Position numbers and translations under genes: made by a program. From the sequence record MZ681930.1: 64,000 nt of DNA. One strand, 5' to 3'. Source of the DNA: Enterobacteria phage phiC600P9. The notes under the pieces were generated by a model, which did no database searches, was not told the DNA's origin, and was given only the letters and a program-made list of their open reading frames with translations. Below are positions 46,711 through 64,000 of this stretch, piece by piece. Positions within the stretch are counted from its first letter, which is position 1; the number at the start of each line of letters is the position of its first letter.

Positions 46711-49700
46711 CAGTAAAAGCACCTTCAGTCACTAGTCTCAGAATTTCCAAGTTATCCGCAAATCAGGTGCAAGTACGCTGGGATGACGTTGGTGCTAATT
46801 TCTACTATTTTGTAGAAATCGCTGAGACAAAAACAGACTCGGGGGAAAATCTCCCGAGCGATCAATATCGTTGGATTAATTTAGGATATACAGCAAATAA
46901 TAGTTTCTTTTTTGATGATGCTGATCCACTAACATCATACATCATTAGAGTAGCTACAGCTGTACAAGATTTTGAGCAATCTGATTGGGTTTATACAGAA
47001 GAGTTTGAAACTTTTGCTACAAATGCTTATACATTTCAAAACATGATTGAAATGCAATTAGCTAATAAATTCATTCAGGAAAAATTTACTCTTAATAATT
47101 CTGATTATGTTAATTTTAATAATGACACTATAATGGCTGCATTGATGAATGAATCATTTCAATTCAGCCCATCGTATGTTGATGTTTCATCAATAAGTAA
47201 TTTTATTATTGGTGAAAATGAGTATCATGAAATACAAGGTTCTATTCAGCAAGTATGTAAGGATATTAACCGAGTTTATTTGATGGAATCAGAAGGGATT
47301 CTATATCTTTTTGAGCGCTATCAACCCGTAGTTAAAGTATCTAATGATAAAGGACAAACCTGGAAAGCCGTAAAGCTCTTCAATGACCGCGTAGGATATC
47401 CTTTATCTAAGACTGTATATTACCAATCTGCGAACACAACATACGTTCTAGGATACGACAAGGTCTTCTATGGCCGTAAATCGACTGACGTTAGATGGTC
47501 AGCAGATGATGTCAGATTCAGTTCACAGGATATAACATTTGCTAAACTTGGCGACCAGTTACATTTAGGATTTGATGTAGAAATTTTTGCCACTTACGCG
47601 ACTTTGCCAGCGAATGTATACCGCATTGCAGAAGCTATTACTTGCACCGATGATTACATTTACGTTGTAGCCAGAGACAAAGTTAGATACATAAAAACGA
47701 GTAATGCACCTATAGATTCTGACCCATTATCTCCAACATATTCGGAAAGACTTTTTGAACCTGACACAATGACTATAACCGGAAATCCTAAAGCAGTATG
47801 CTATAAAATGGATTCTGTTGGTGATAAAGTTTTTGCTCTTATTATTGGTGAAGTTGAAACATTAAATGCTAATCCTAGAACATCAAAAATAATTGATTCC
47901 GCTGATAAAGGAATATATGTTTTAAATCATGACGAAAAAACATGGAAAAGAGTTTTTGGTAATACCGAAGAAGAAAGAAGACGTATTCAACCCGGATATG
48001 CGAATATGTCAACTGACGGTAAATTAGTTTCTCTGTCTTCGAGTAATTTTAAATTTTTAAGTGATAATGTTGTTAATGACCCTGAAACTGCAGCAAAATA
48101 CCAGTTAATTGGCGCTGTTAAATATGAATTTCCTCGTGAATGGTTAGCTGATAAGCATTATCATATGATGGCATTTATAGCGGATGAAAAATCTGATTGG
48201 GAGACTTTTACTCCTCAACCAATGAAATACTACGCAGAACCGTTCTTTAACTGGTCTAAAAAATCTAACACACGTTGTTGGATAAACAACTCCGATAGGG
48301 TTGTAGTAGTTTATGCTGATTTAAAATACACTAAAGTTATAGAAAATATTCCGGAAACATCACCAGATAGATTAGTTCATGAATACTGGGATGATGGTGA
48401 TTGTACTATAGTAATGCCAAATGTTAAATTCACTGGATTTAAAAAATATGCATCTGGGATGCTTTTCTATAAAGCCTCCGGTGAAATAATTTCTTACTAT
48501 GATTTTAACTATCGTGTGAGAGATACAGTAGAAATTATTTGGAAGCCAACTGAAGTATTTTTAAAAGCATTTTTACAAAACCAAGAGCATGAAACCCCTT
48601 GGTCGCCTGAAGAAGAGCGTGGATTAGCTGACCCTGATTTAAGACCATTGATTGGCACAATGATGCCTGATTCTTATTTGTTACAGGATTCGAATTTTGA
48701 GGCATTTTGCGAAGCATATATTCAATATCTTTCTGATGGATATGGAACTCAGTATAATAATTTACGAAATTTAATTCGTAACAAATATCCACGAGAAGAG
48801 CATGCGTGGGAATATTTGTGGTCAGAGATATATAAAAGAAACATTTATTTAAATGCTGACAAACGTGATGCTGTTGCAAGATTTTTCGAATCACGTAGCT
48901 ATGATTTTTATTCTACTAAAGGAATTGAAGCATCATACAAATTTCTTTTTAAAGTTCTTTATAATGAAGAGGTTGAAATTGAAATTGAATCTGGGGCTGG
49001 TACTGAATATGATATAATCGTTCAATCTGATTCTTTGACTGAAGACTTAGTAGGACAAACGATTTATACAGCTACAGGAAGATGTAATGTTACTTATATA
49101 GAAAGAAGCTATTCTAATGGTAAATTGCAATGGACCGTAACTATTCATAATCTTTTGGGACGATTAATTGCTGGTCAAGAAGTTAAAGCAGAAAGACTCC
49201 CTGGTTTTGAAGGCGAAATTATTCGTGGCGTTAAAGGAAAGGATTTGCTTCAAAACAATATAGACTATATTAATAGAAGTAGATCATACTATGTAATGAA
49301 AATTAAATCCAATTTACCTTCTTCCCGCTGGAAATCTGACGTTATTCGTTTTGTTCATCCAGTAGGATTTGGATTTATAGCAATTACCCTTTTAACAATG
49401 TTTATTAATGTCGGTTTAACTCTTAAACATACAGAGACTATAATTAATAAATACAAAAACTATAAATGGGATTCTGGATTGCCTACTGAATACGCTGATA
49501 GAGTAGCTAAATTGACTCCAACTGGCGAAATTGAGCATGATTCAGTAACAGGCGAAGCAATTTATGAGCCTGGCCCAATGGCTGGCGTAAAATATCCTCT
49601 TCCTGATGACTATAATGCTGAAAATAATAATTCAATATTTCAAGGTCAATTGCCGTCTGAACGACGTAAATTAATGAGTCCTTTATTTGATGCATCTGGA

Positions 49701-49805
49701 ACAACATTTGCGCAATTTAGAGATTTAGTTAATAAACGTCTAAAAGATAATATAGGAAATCCAAGAGACCCTGAAAATCCAACACAGGTTAAAATAGATG
49801 AATGA
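46707..49805 (+). CDS. 7: Baseplate wedge protein gp7
   Basis: 1032 aa, the T4 gp7 length; overlaps gp6 stop and gp8 start. Confidence 0.92.
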   Translation: MTVKAPSVTSLRISKLSANQVQVRWDDVGANFYYFVEIAETKTDSGENLPSDQYRWINLGYTANNSFFFDDADPLTSYIIRVATAVQDFEQSDWVYTEEFETFATNAYTFQNMIEMQLANKFIQEKFTLNNSDYVNFNNDTIMAALMNESFQFSPSYVDVSSISNFIIGENEYHEIQGSIQQVCKDINRVYLMESEGILYLFERYQPVVKVSNDKGQTWKAVKLFNDRVGYPLSKTVYYQSANTTYVLGYDKVFYGRKSTDVRWSADDVRFSSQDITFAKLGDQLHLGFDVEIFATYATLPANVYRIAEAITCTDDYIYVVARDKVRYIKTSNAPIDSDPLSPTYSERLFEPDTMTITGNPKAVCYKMDSVGDKVFALIIGEVETLNANPRTSKIIDSADKGIYVLNHDEKTWKRVFGNTEEERRRIQPGYANMSTDGKLVSLSSSNFKFLSDNVVNDPETAAKYQLIGAVKYEFPREWLADKHYHMMAFIADEKSDWETFTPQPMKYYAEPFFNWSKKSNTRCWINNSDRVVVVYADLKYTKVIENIPETSPDRLVHEYWDDGDCTIVMPNVKFTGFKKYASGMLFYKASGEIISYYDFNYRVRDTVEIIWKPTEVFLKAFLQNQEHETPWSPEEERGLADPDLRPLIGTMMPDSYLLQDSNFEAFCEAYIQYLSDGYGTQYNNLRNLIRNKYPREEHAWEYLWSEIYKRNIYLNADKRDAVARFFESRSYDFYSTKGIEASYKFLFKVLYNEEVEIEIESGAGTEYDIIVQSDSLTEDLVGQTIYTATGRCNVTYIERSYSNGKLQWTVTIHNLLGRLIAGQEVKAERLPGFEGEIIRGVKGKDLLQNNIDYINRSRSYYVMKIKSNLPSSRWKSDVIRFVHPVGFGFIAITLLTMFINVGLTLKHTETIINKYKNYKWDSGLPTEYADRVAKLTPTGEIEHDSVTGEAIYEPGPMAGVKYPLPDDYNAENNNSIFQGQLPSERRKLMSPLFDASGTTFAQFRDLVNKRLKDNIGNPRDPENPTQVKIDE

Positions 49806-50802
49806 TTCAAGTGTTATCTATCGTGCGATAGTTACTTCAAAATTTAGAACAGAAAAAATGTTGAATTTTTATAATTCAATTGGAAGTGGTCCGGATAAAA
49901 ACACTATCTTTATCACATTTGGAAGATCAGAACCGTGGTCATCAAATGAAAATGAGGCGGGCTTTGCCCCGCCTTATCCCACTGATTCTGTATTAGGTGT
50001 AACTGACATGTGGACGCATATGATGGGAACAGTAAAAGTTCTTCCATCAATGCTTGATGCAGTTATTCCTCGTAGAGATTGGGGAGATACTCGATATCCT
50101 GATCCATACACATTTAGAATTAATGACATTGTAGTGTGTAACTCAGCTCCTTACAACGCTACTGAATCAGGCGCAGGCTGGTTAGTATATCGTTGTTTAG
50201 ATGTTCCTGATACCGGAATGTGTTCAATCGCATCTTTAACTGATAAAGATGAATGCCTTAAGTTAGGTGGAAAATGGACTCCTTCTGCTAGGTCAATGAC
50301 TCCGCCTGAAGGCCGAGGAGATGCTGAAGGAACAATTGAACCAGGAGACGGGTATGTGTGGGAATATCTATTTGAGATTCCGCCTGATGTATCTATAAAT
50401 AGATGCACAAATGAATATATCGTGGTTCCTTGGCCTGAGGAATTAAAAGAAGACCCGACTAGATGGGGGTATGAAGATAATCTCACTTGGCAACAAGATG
50501 ATTTTGGATTAATTTACCGTGTTAAGGCAAATACTATCCGTTTTAAAGCATATTTAGATTCAGTTTATTTTCCTGAAGCTGCATTGCCAGGAAATAAAGG
50601 ATTTAGACAAATATCAATAATCACGAATCCTCTTGAAGCTAAAGCTCATCCAAATGACCCAAACGTTAAAGCTGAAAAGGATTATTATGATCCGGAAGAT
50701 TTAATGAGGCATTCGGGCGAAATGATTTATATGGAAAATAGGCCACCTATTATCATGGCAATGGATCAAACAGAAGAAATCAATATTCTGTTTACATTTT
50801 AA
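49798..50802 (+). CDS. 8: Baseplate wedge protein gp8
   Basis: 334 aa, the T4 gp8 length. Confidence 0.92.
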   Translation: MNDSSVIYRAIVTSKFRTEKMLNFYNSIGSGPDKNTIFITFGRSEPWSSNENEAGFAPPYPTDSVLGVTDMWTHMMGTVKVLPSMLDAVIPRRDWGDTRYPDPYTFRINDIVVCNSAPYNATESGAGWLVYRCLDVPDTGMCSIASLTDKDECLKLGGKWTPSARSMTPPEGRGDAEGTIEPGDGYVWEYLFEIPPDVSINRCTNEYIVVPWPEELKEDPTRWGYEDNLTWQQDDFGLIYRVKANTIRFKAYLDSVYFPEAALPGNKGFRQISIITNPLEAKAHPNDPNVKAEKDYYDPEDLMRHSGEMIYMENRPPIIMAMDQTEEINILFTF

Positions 50803-50807
50803 ATTAA

Positions 50808-50834
50808 GGGAGCCCATGGGCTCCCTTTTTCTTT
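50808..50834 (+). terminator. Rho-independent terminator after gene 8
   Basis: GGGAGCC-CATG-GGCTCCC hairpin followed by TTTTTCTTT. Confidence 0.7.
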
Positions 50835-50841
50835 ATAAATA
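50834..50841 (+). promoter_or_regulatory. Late promoter TATAAATA for gene 9
   Basis: Exact TATAAATA 25 nt upstream of the gene 9 ATG. Confidence 0.65.
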
Positions 50842-50865
50842 CTATAAACTCATAAGGAAACCGCT

Positions 50866-51732
50866 ATGTTCATTCAAGAACCAAAGAAATTGATTGATAC
50901 CGGCGAAATTGGTAACGCTTCTACTGGTGATATCTTATTCGACGGTGGTAATAAAATTAATAGTGATTTTAACGCAATTTATAATGCGTTTGGCGATCAG
51001 CGTAAAATGGCAGTAGCAAATGGCACTGGAGCAGATGGTCAAATTATCCATGCTACTGGATATTATCAAAAACACACTATCGCAGAGTATGCAACTCCAG
51101 TAAAAGTTGGCACTAGGCATGATATTGATACCTCTACTGTAGGTGTTAAAGTTATCATTGAAAGAGGCGAACTTGGCGACTGTGTTGAATTCATTAACTC
51201 TAATGGATCAATATCAGTTACTAATCCTTTGACAATTCAAGCTATTGATTCAATTAAAGGCGTTTCAGGTAATTTGGTAGTAACTAGCCCATATAGTAAA
51301 GTAACTTTACGCTGTATTTCATCTGATAATTCTACATCGGTTTGGAATTATTCTATTGAAAGTATGTTTGGACAAAAGGAATCACCAGCTGAAGGTACAT
51401 GGAATATTTCTACATCCGGATCAGTTGATATTCCACTATTTCATCGTACTGAATACAATATGGCTAAATTGCTAGTTACGTGCCAATCAGTAGATGGAAG
51501 AAAAATTAAAACGGCAGAAATAAATATTCTTGTGGATACTGTCAATTCAGAGGTCATTTCTTCTGAATATGCTGTCATGCGAGTTGGGAATGAAACCGAA
51601 GAAGACGAAATCGCTAATATTGCATTTAGTATTAAAGAAAACTATGTAACGGCGACTATAAGTTCTTCAACTGTCGGTATGAGAGCAGCAGTTAAAGTTA
51701 TCGCTACGCAGAAAATCGGGGTGGCTCAATAA
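50866..51732 (+). CDS. 9: Baseplate wedge protein gp9 (long tail fiber socket)
   Basis: 288 aa, the T4 gp9 length. Confidence 0.92.
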   Translation: MFIQEPKKLIDTGEIGNASTGDILFDGGNKINSDFNAIYNAFGDQRKMAVANGTGADGQIIHATGYYQKHTIAEYATPVKVGTRHDIDTSTVGVKVIIERGELGDCVEFINSNGSISVTNPLTIQAIDSIKGVSGNLVVTSPYSKVTLRCISSDNSTSVWNYSIESMFGQKESPAEGTWNISTSGSVDIPLFHRTEYNMAKLLVTCQSVDGRKIKTAEINILVDTVNSEVISSEYAVMRVGNETEEDEIANIAFSIKENYVTATISSSTVGMRAAVKVIATQKIGVAQ

Positions 51733-53540
51733 TGAAACAAAATATTAATATCGGTAATGTTGTAGATGATGGTACCGGTGACTACCTGCGTAAAGGTGGT
51801 ATAAAAATAAATGAAAACTTTGATGAGCTTTATTACGAGCTCGGTGATGGAGACGTTCCATATTCAGCTGGTGCCTGGAAAACTTATGATGCTTCATCTG
51901 GGCAAACACTAAAAGCTGAATGGGGAAAATCATACGCTATTAATACCTCTTCTGGAAGAGTGACTATAAATCTTCCAAAAGGAACAGTTAATGATTACAA
52001 CAAGGTAATTAGAGCTAGAGACGTATTTGCTACATGGAACGTCAACCCAGTTACTTTAGTAGCTGCTTCCGGTGATACGATTAAAGGGTCTGCAGTACCA
52101 GTTGAAATTAATGTTCAATTCAGCGATTTAGAACTAGTGTATTGCGCCCCAGGACGTTGGGAATATGTCAAAAATAAACAAATTGACAAAATTACCAGTT
52201 CAGACATTAGTAATGTAGCTCGTAAAGAATTTTTAGTCGAAGTCCAAGGACAAACAGACTTTTTAGATGTTTTTCGTGGAACCAGTTATAATGTAAATAA
52301 CATCAGAGTAAAACATCGTGGTAACGAATTGTATTACGGCGATGTGTTTAGCGAAAACAGTGATTTTGGCTCTCCGGGCGAAAATGAAGGAGAACTAGTT
52401 CCTCTTGATGGATTTAATATTCGATTAAGACAGCCTTGTAATATTGGTGACACTGTTCAAATTGAAACATTTATGGATGGTGTATCGCAGTGGAGAAGTT
52501 CATATACAAGACGTCAAATCAGATTGTTAGATTCAAAATTAACGTCAAAAACTTCTTTAGAAGGAAGCATTTACGTTACTGATTTATCAACAATGAAATC
52601 AATTCCATTTTCTGCTTTTGGATTAATTCCAGGAGAACCTATTAATCCTAACTCTCTTGAGGTTCGTTTTAATGGAATTTTGCAGGAATTAGCTGGCACA
52701 GTTGGAATGCCATTATTTCATTGTGTTGGTGCCGATTCAGACGATGAAGTAGAATGCTCTGTTTTAGGTGGAACTTGGGAACAATCTCATACCGATTATT
52801 CAATTGAAACTGATGAAAACGGCATACCGGAAATTTTACATTTCGATAGAGTATTTGAGCATGGTGACATTATCAATATCACCTGGTTTAATAATGATTT
52901 GGGTACATTATTGACAAAAGATGAGATTATTGATGAAACTGATAATCTCTATGTATCGCAAGGGCCGGGAGTAGATATTTCTGGTGATGTAAATTTAACA
53001 GACTTCGATAAAATTGGTTGGCCAAATGTAGAAGCAGTTCAATCCTATCAACGCGAATTTAATGCTGTTTCAAATATCTTTGATACGATTTATCCTATTG
53101 GAACTATATATGAAAACGCTGTTAATCCAAATAACCCTGTTACATATATGGGATTCGGCTCATGGAAATTATTTGGGCAAGGAAAAGTTTTAGTTGGATG
53201 GAATGAAGATATTTCGGACCCCAACTTTGCTCTAAATAATAACGATTTAGATTCGGGTGGAAATCCTTCACATACGGCGGGTGGAACAGGCGGTTCTACT
53301 TCTGTTACATTGGAAAATGCTAATCTTCCTGCAACTGAGACAGATGAAGAAGTTCTAATAGTTGATGAAAATGGATCAGTCATTGTTGGTGGATGTCAAT
53401 ACGACCCAGATGAATCCGGTCCAGTTTACACGAAATACCGTGAAGCTAAAGCATCTACTAACTCTACTCATACTCCGCCAACATCAATAACTAACATTCA
53501 ACCATATATTACAGTTTATCGTTGGATAAGGATTGCATAA
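51732..53540 (+). CDS. 10: Baseplate wedge protein gp10
   Basis: 602 aa, the T4 gp10 length. Confidence 0.92.
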   Translation: MKQNINIGNVVDDGTGDYLRKGGIKINENFDELYYELGDGDVPYSAGAWKTYDASSGQTLKAEWGKSYAINTSSGRVTINLPKGTVNDYNKVIRARDVFATWNVNPVTLVAASGDTIKGSAVPVEINVQFSDLELVYCAPGRWEYVKNKQIDKITSSDISNVARKEFLVEVQGQTDFLDVFRGTSYNVNNIRVKHRGNELYYGDVFSENSDFGSPGENEGELVPLDGFNIRLRQPCNIGDTVQIETFMDGVSQWRSSYTRRQIRLLDSKLTSKTSLEGSIYVTDLSTMKSIPFSAFGLIPGEPINPNSLEVRFNGILQELAGTVGMPLFHCVGADSDDEVECSVLGGTWEQSHTDYSIETDENGIPEILHFDRVFEHGDIINITWFNNDLGTLLTKDEIIDETDNLYVSQGPGVDISGDVNLTDFDKIGWPNVEAVQSYQREFNAVSNIFDTIYPIGTIYENAVNPNNPVTYMGFGSWKLFGQGKVLVGWNEDISDPNFALNNNDLDSGGNPSHTAGGTGGSTSVTLENANLPATETDEEVLIVDENGSVIVGGCQYDPDESGPVYTKYREAKASTNSTHTPPTSITNIQPYITVYRWIRIA

Positions 53541-54195
53541 TGAGTTTACTTAATAATAAAGCGGGAGTTATTTCCCGCTTAGCCGATTTTCTTGGTTTTA
53601 GACCTAAAACTGGCGACATCGATGTAATGAATCGTCAATCAGTTGGGTCAGTGACAATTTCTCAATTAGCGAAAGGATTTTATGAACCAAACGTAGAATC
53701 AGCTATTAATGATGTTCATAATTTTTCTATAAAAGACGTTGGTACAATTATTACTAATAAAACTGGTGTTTCTCCTGAGGGTGTTTCTCAAACTGATTAT
53801 TGGGCATTTTCGGGAACTGTAACAGATGATTCGCTTCCTCCTGGTTCTCCTGTTACTGTGTTAGTATTTGGTCTTCCAGTTTCAGCAACAACTGGAATGA
53901 CAGCTATTGAGTTTGTCGCCAAAGTTCGTGTTGCTCTACAAGAAGCTATTGCGTCATTTACTGCTATCAATTCATATAAAGACCATCCAACAGATGGTAG
54001 TAAATTAGAAGTTACTTATTTAGATAATCAAAAACATGTATTAAGCACATATTCTACATATGGAATAACTATTTCCCAAGAAATTATTTCCGAATCTAAG
54101 CCTGGATATGGCACATGGAATTTGCTTGGTGCACAAACTGTAACTTTAGATAATCAGCAAACTCCAATAGTACTTTATCATTTTGAGAGAACAGC

Positions 54196-54199
<4 letters not shown>
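53540..54199 (+). CDS. 11: Baseplate wedge protein gp11 (short tail fiber attachment)
   Basis: Start set to ATG 53540 (TAATG overlap with the gp10 stop) giving 219 aa with N-terminus [20 protein letters not shown] as in T4; track start 53522 is an upstream in-frame ATG. Confidence 0.88.
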
Positions 54200-57239
<3,040 letters not shown>

Positions 57240-57242
57240 CAT

Positions 57243-57258
57243 GGGGCCGCAAGGCCCC
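57243..57258 (+). terminator. Stem-loop after wac (GGGGCC-GCAA-GGCCCC)
   Basis: Perfect 6-bp GC stem with GCAA loop 4 nt after the wac stop; no clean U-run, so could be an RNA stability element rather than a full terminator. Confidence 0.45.
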
Positions 57259-57270
57259 AAAGGATTTTAA

Positions 57271-58972
<1,702 letters not shown>

Positions 58973-59013
58973 TAAATATTATAAACTAATTAAAGCCCAG
59001 ATTAGGAGAAATC

Positions 59014-62154
<3,141 letters not shown>

Positions 62155-62182
62155 TATTAAAGCATATTAAAGAGGATTAAAA

Positions 62183-64000
62183 ATGACTTTATTATCTCCG
62201 GGCATTGAGCTCAAAGAAACTACGGTTCAAAGCACCGTGGTTAATAACTCTACTGGTACAGCAGCTTTGGCCGGTAAATTCCAGTGGGGTCCTGCTTTTC
62301 AGATTAAACAGGTTACAAATGAAGTAGATTTAGTTAATACTTTTGGTCAACCAACCGCTGAAACTGCTGACTATTTTATGTCTGCGATGAATTTCTTGCA
62401 GTACGGAAATGACTTACGAGTAGTTCGTGCTGTTGATAGAGATACCGCTAAAAACTCATCTCCGATTGCCGGTAATATTGAATACACAATTTCTACCCCA
62501 GGTAGTAACTACGCAATTGGAGATAAAATCACGGTCAAATATGTTTCAGATGCTATTGAAACTGAAGGTAAAATTACTGAAGTAGACACAGATGGAAAAA
62601 TTAAGAAAATTAATATTCCTACTGCAAAAATTATCGCTAAAGCTAAAGAAGTCGGTGAATATCCGGAATTAGGTCCTAGCTGGACTGCGGAAATTTCTTC
62701 ATCTTCCTCTGGTTTAGCTGCAGTAATAACTCTTGGAAAAATTATTACTGATTCTGGTATTTTATTAGCTGAAATTGAAAATGCCGAAGCTGCCATGACA
62801 GCTGTTGACTTTCAAGCAAATCTCGAAAAATACGGAATTCCAGGAGTAGTAGCTCTTTATCCAGGCGAATTAGGCGATAAAATTGAAGTTGAAATCGTAT
62901 CTAAAGCTGACTACGCAAAAGGGGCTTCTGCATTACTGCCAATTTATCCAGGCGGTGGTACTCGTGCATCTACTGCTAAAGCTGTGTTTGGATATGGACC
63001 ACAAACTGATTCACAGTACGCTATTATAGTTCGTCGCAATGATGCTATTGTTCAAAGTGTTGTTCTTTCAACTAAGCGTGGTGAAAAAGATATTTACGAT
63101 AGTAACATCTATATCGATGACTTTTTCGCAAAAGGTGGTTCAGAATATATTTTTGCAACTGCACAAAACTGGCCAGAAGGCTTCTCTGGAATTTTAACTC
63201 TGTCTGGTGGATTATCATCAAATGCTGAAGTAACAGCAGGAGATTTGATGGAAGCTTGGGACTTCTTTGCTGACCGTGAATCCGTTGATGTTCAACTGTT
63301 TATTGCGGGTTCTTGTGCCGGTGAATCTTTAGAAACAGCATCTACTGTCCAAAAACACGTCGTTTCAATTGGGGATGCTCGTCAGGATTGCTTAGTATTA
63401 TGCTCACCACCGCGTGAAACTGTAGTTGGAATTCCTGTAACTCGTGCTGTCGATAACTTAGTCAATTGGAGAACTGCAACTGGTTCATACACTGATAATA
63501 ACTTTAATATCAGTTCAACCTATGCAGCAATTGATGGTAACTACAAATATCAGTATGACAAATATAATGATGTAAATCGCTGGGTTCCATTAGCAGCTGA
63601 TATTGCTGGTTTATGCGCAAGAACTGATAACGTTTCTCAGACTTGGATGTCTCCAGCTGGTTATAATCGTGGCCAGATTCTTAACGTTATTAAACTTGCT
63701 ATTGAAACTCGTCAGGCTCAGCGCGACCGTTTATACCAAGAAGCTATCAACCCGGTAACCGGTACAGGTGGTGATGGTTACGTATTGTATGGTGATAAAA
63801 CAGCTACTTCTGTTCCTTCTCCATTTGATCGTATTAACGTTCGTCGTCTGTTTAATATGTTGAAAACTAATATCGGACGTAGTTCAAAATATCGTTTGTT
63901 CGAATTAAACAACGCGTTTACTCGTTCATCATTCCGCACAGAAACTGCCCAATACTTACAGGGAATTAAATCTCTCGGTGGAATTTATGAATATCGTGTA
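62183..64000 (+). CDS. 18: Tail sheath protein gp18, N-terminal part; continues past window end
   Basis: ATG 62183 with SD AGAGGA; translation MTLLSPGIELKETTVQSTVVNNSTG matches T4 gp18; frame open to window end; not in the track because it is incomplete. Confidence 0.92.
   Translation, partial: MTLLSPGIELKETTVQSTVVNNSTGTAALAGKFQWGPAFQIKQVTNEVDLVNTFGQPTAETADYFMSAMNFLQYGNDLRVVRAVDRDTAKNSSPIAGNIEYTISTPGSNYAIGDKITVKYVSDAIETEGKITEVDTDGKIKKINIPTAKIIAKAKEVGEYPELGPSWTAEISSSSSGLAAVITLGKIITDSGILLAEIENAEAAMTAVDFQANLEKYGIPGVVALYPGELGDKIEVEIVSKADYAKGASALLPIYPGGGTRASTAKAVFGYGPQTDSQYAIIVRRNDAIVQSVVLSTKRGEKDIYDSNIYIDDFFAKGGSEYIFATAQNWPEGFSGILTLSGGLSSNAEVTAGDLMEAWDFFADRESVDVQLFIAGSCAGESLETASTVQKHVVSIGDARQDCLVLCSPPRETVVGIPVTRAVDNLVNWRTATGSYTDNNFNISSTYAAIDGNYKYQYDKYNDVNRWVPLAADIAGLCARTDNVSQTWMSPAGYNRGQILNVIKLAIETRQAQRDRLYQEAINPVTGTGGDGYVLYGDKTATSVPSPFDRINVRRLFNMLKTNIGRSSKYRLFELNNAFTRSSFRTETAQYLQGIKSLGGIYEYRV

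Noticed and set aside
48535-48894. 119-aa minus-strand ORF
   Set aside because: Embedded antisense within gp7, whose full-length frame matches T4; no independent support.
58973-59013. Late promoter upstream of gene 15 (TATAAACT)
   Set aside because: Only 6 of 8 positions match TATAAATA; not annotated.

Overview
This window is a contiguous segment of a T4-like (T-even, Tevenvirinae) phage genome; it is not T4 itself, since the lysozyme and the tRNA set differ from what I recall for T4. Positions 1-41547 are minus-strand early/middle genes in T4 order: gene 46 (N-terminal part), 47, a-gt, 55, nrdG, nrdD (no intron), 49, nrdC, rI, tk, regB, a GrcA-like protein, internal head proteins, e (lysozyme), a Nudix hydrolase, a tRNA cluster split by a segB-like GIY-YIG endonuclease, 57B/57A, and genes 1, 3, 2, 4. 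Positions 41595-64000 are plus-strand late morphogenesis genes: 53, 5, 5.1, 5.4, 6-12, wac, 13-17 and the start of 18. I mapped 9 tRNAs by hand, 10 early promoters (GTTTAC-N17-TGnTAnnAT), several TATAAATA late promoters, and UUCG/GAAA hairpin terminators. Gene starts come from the longest-ORF track unless I say otherwise; the track often begins at GTG/TTG, and where I checked I moved the start to the first ATG with a Shine-Dalgarno. The most notable accessory content is a macro-domain protein, a nucleotidyltransferase-fold protein next to a P-loop ATPase, four proteins carrying a capsid-targeting sequence (one in a repeat-flanked cassette), an extra GIY-YIG endonuclease abutting gene 47, and a non-T4 tRNA complement. 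No CRISPR array or integrase is present. All homology statements are from sequence motifs and memory of T4 proteins, not database searches.
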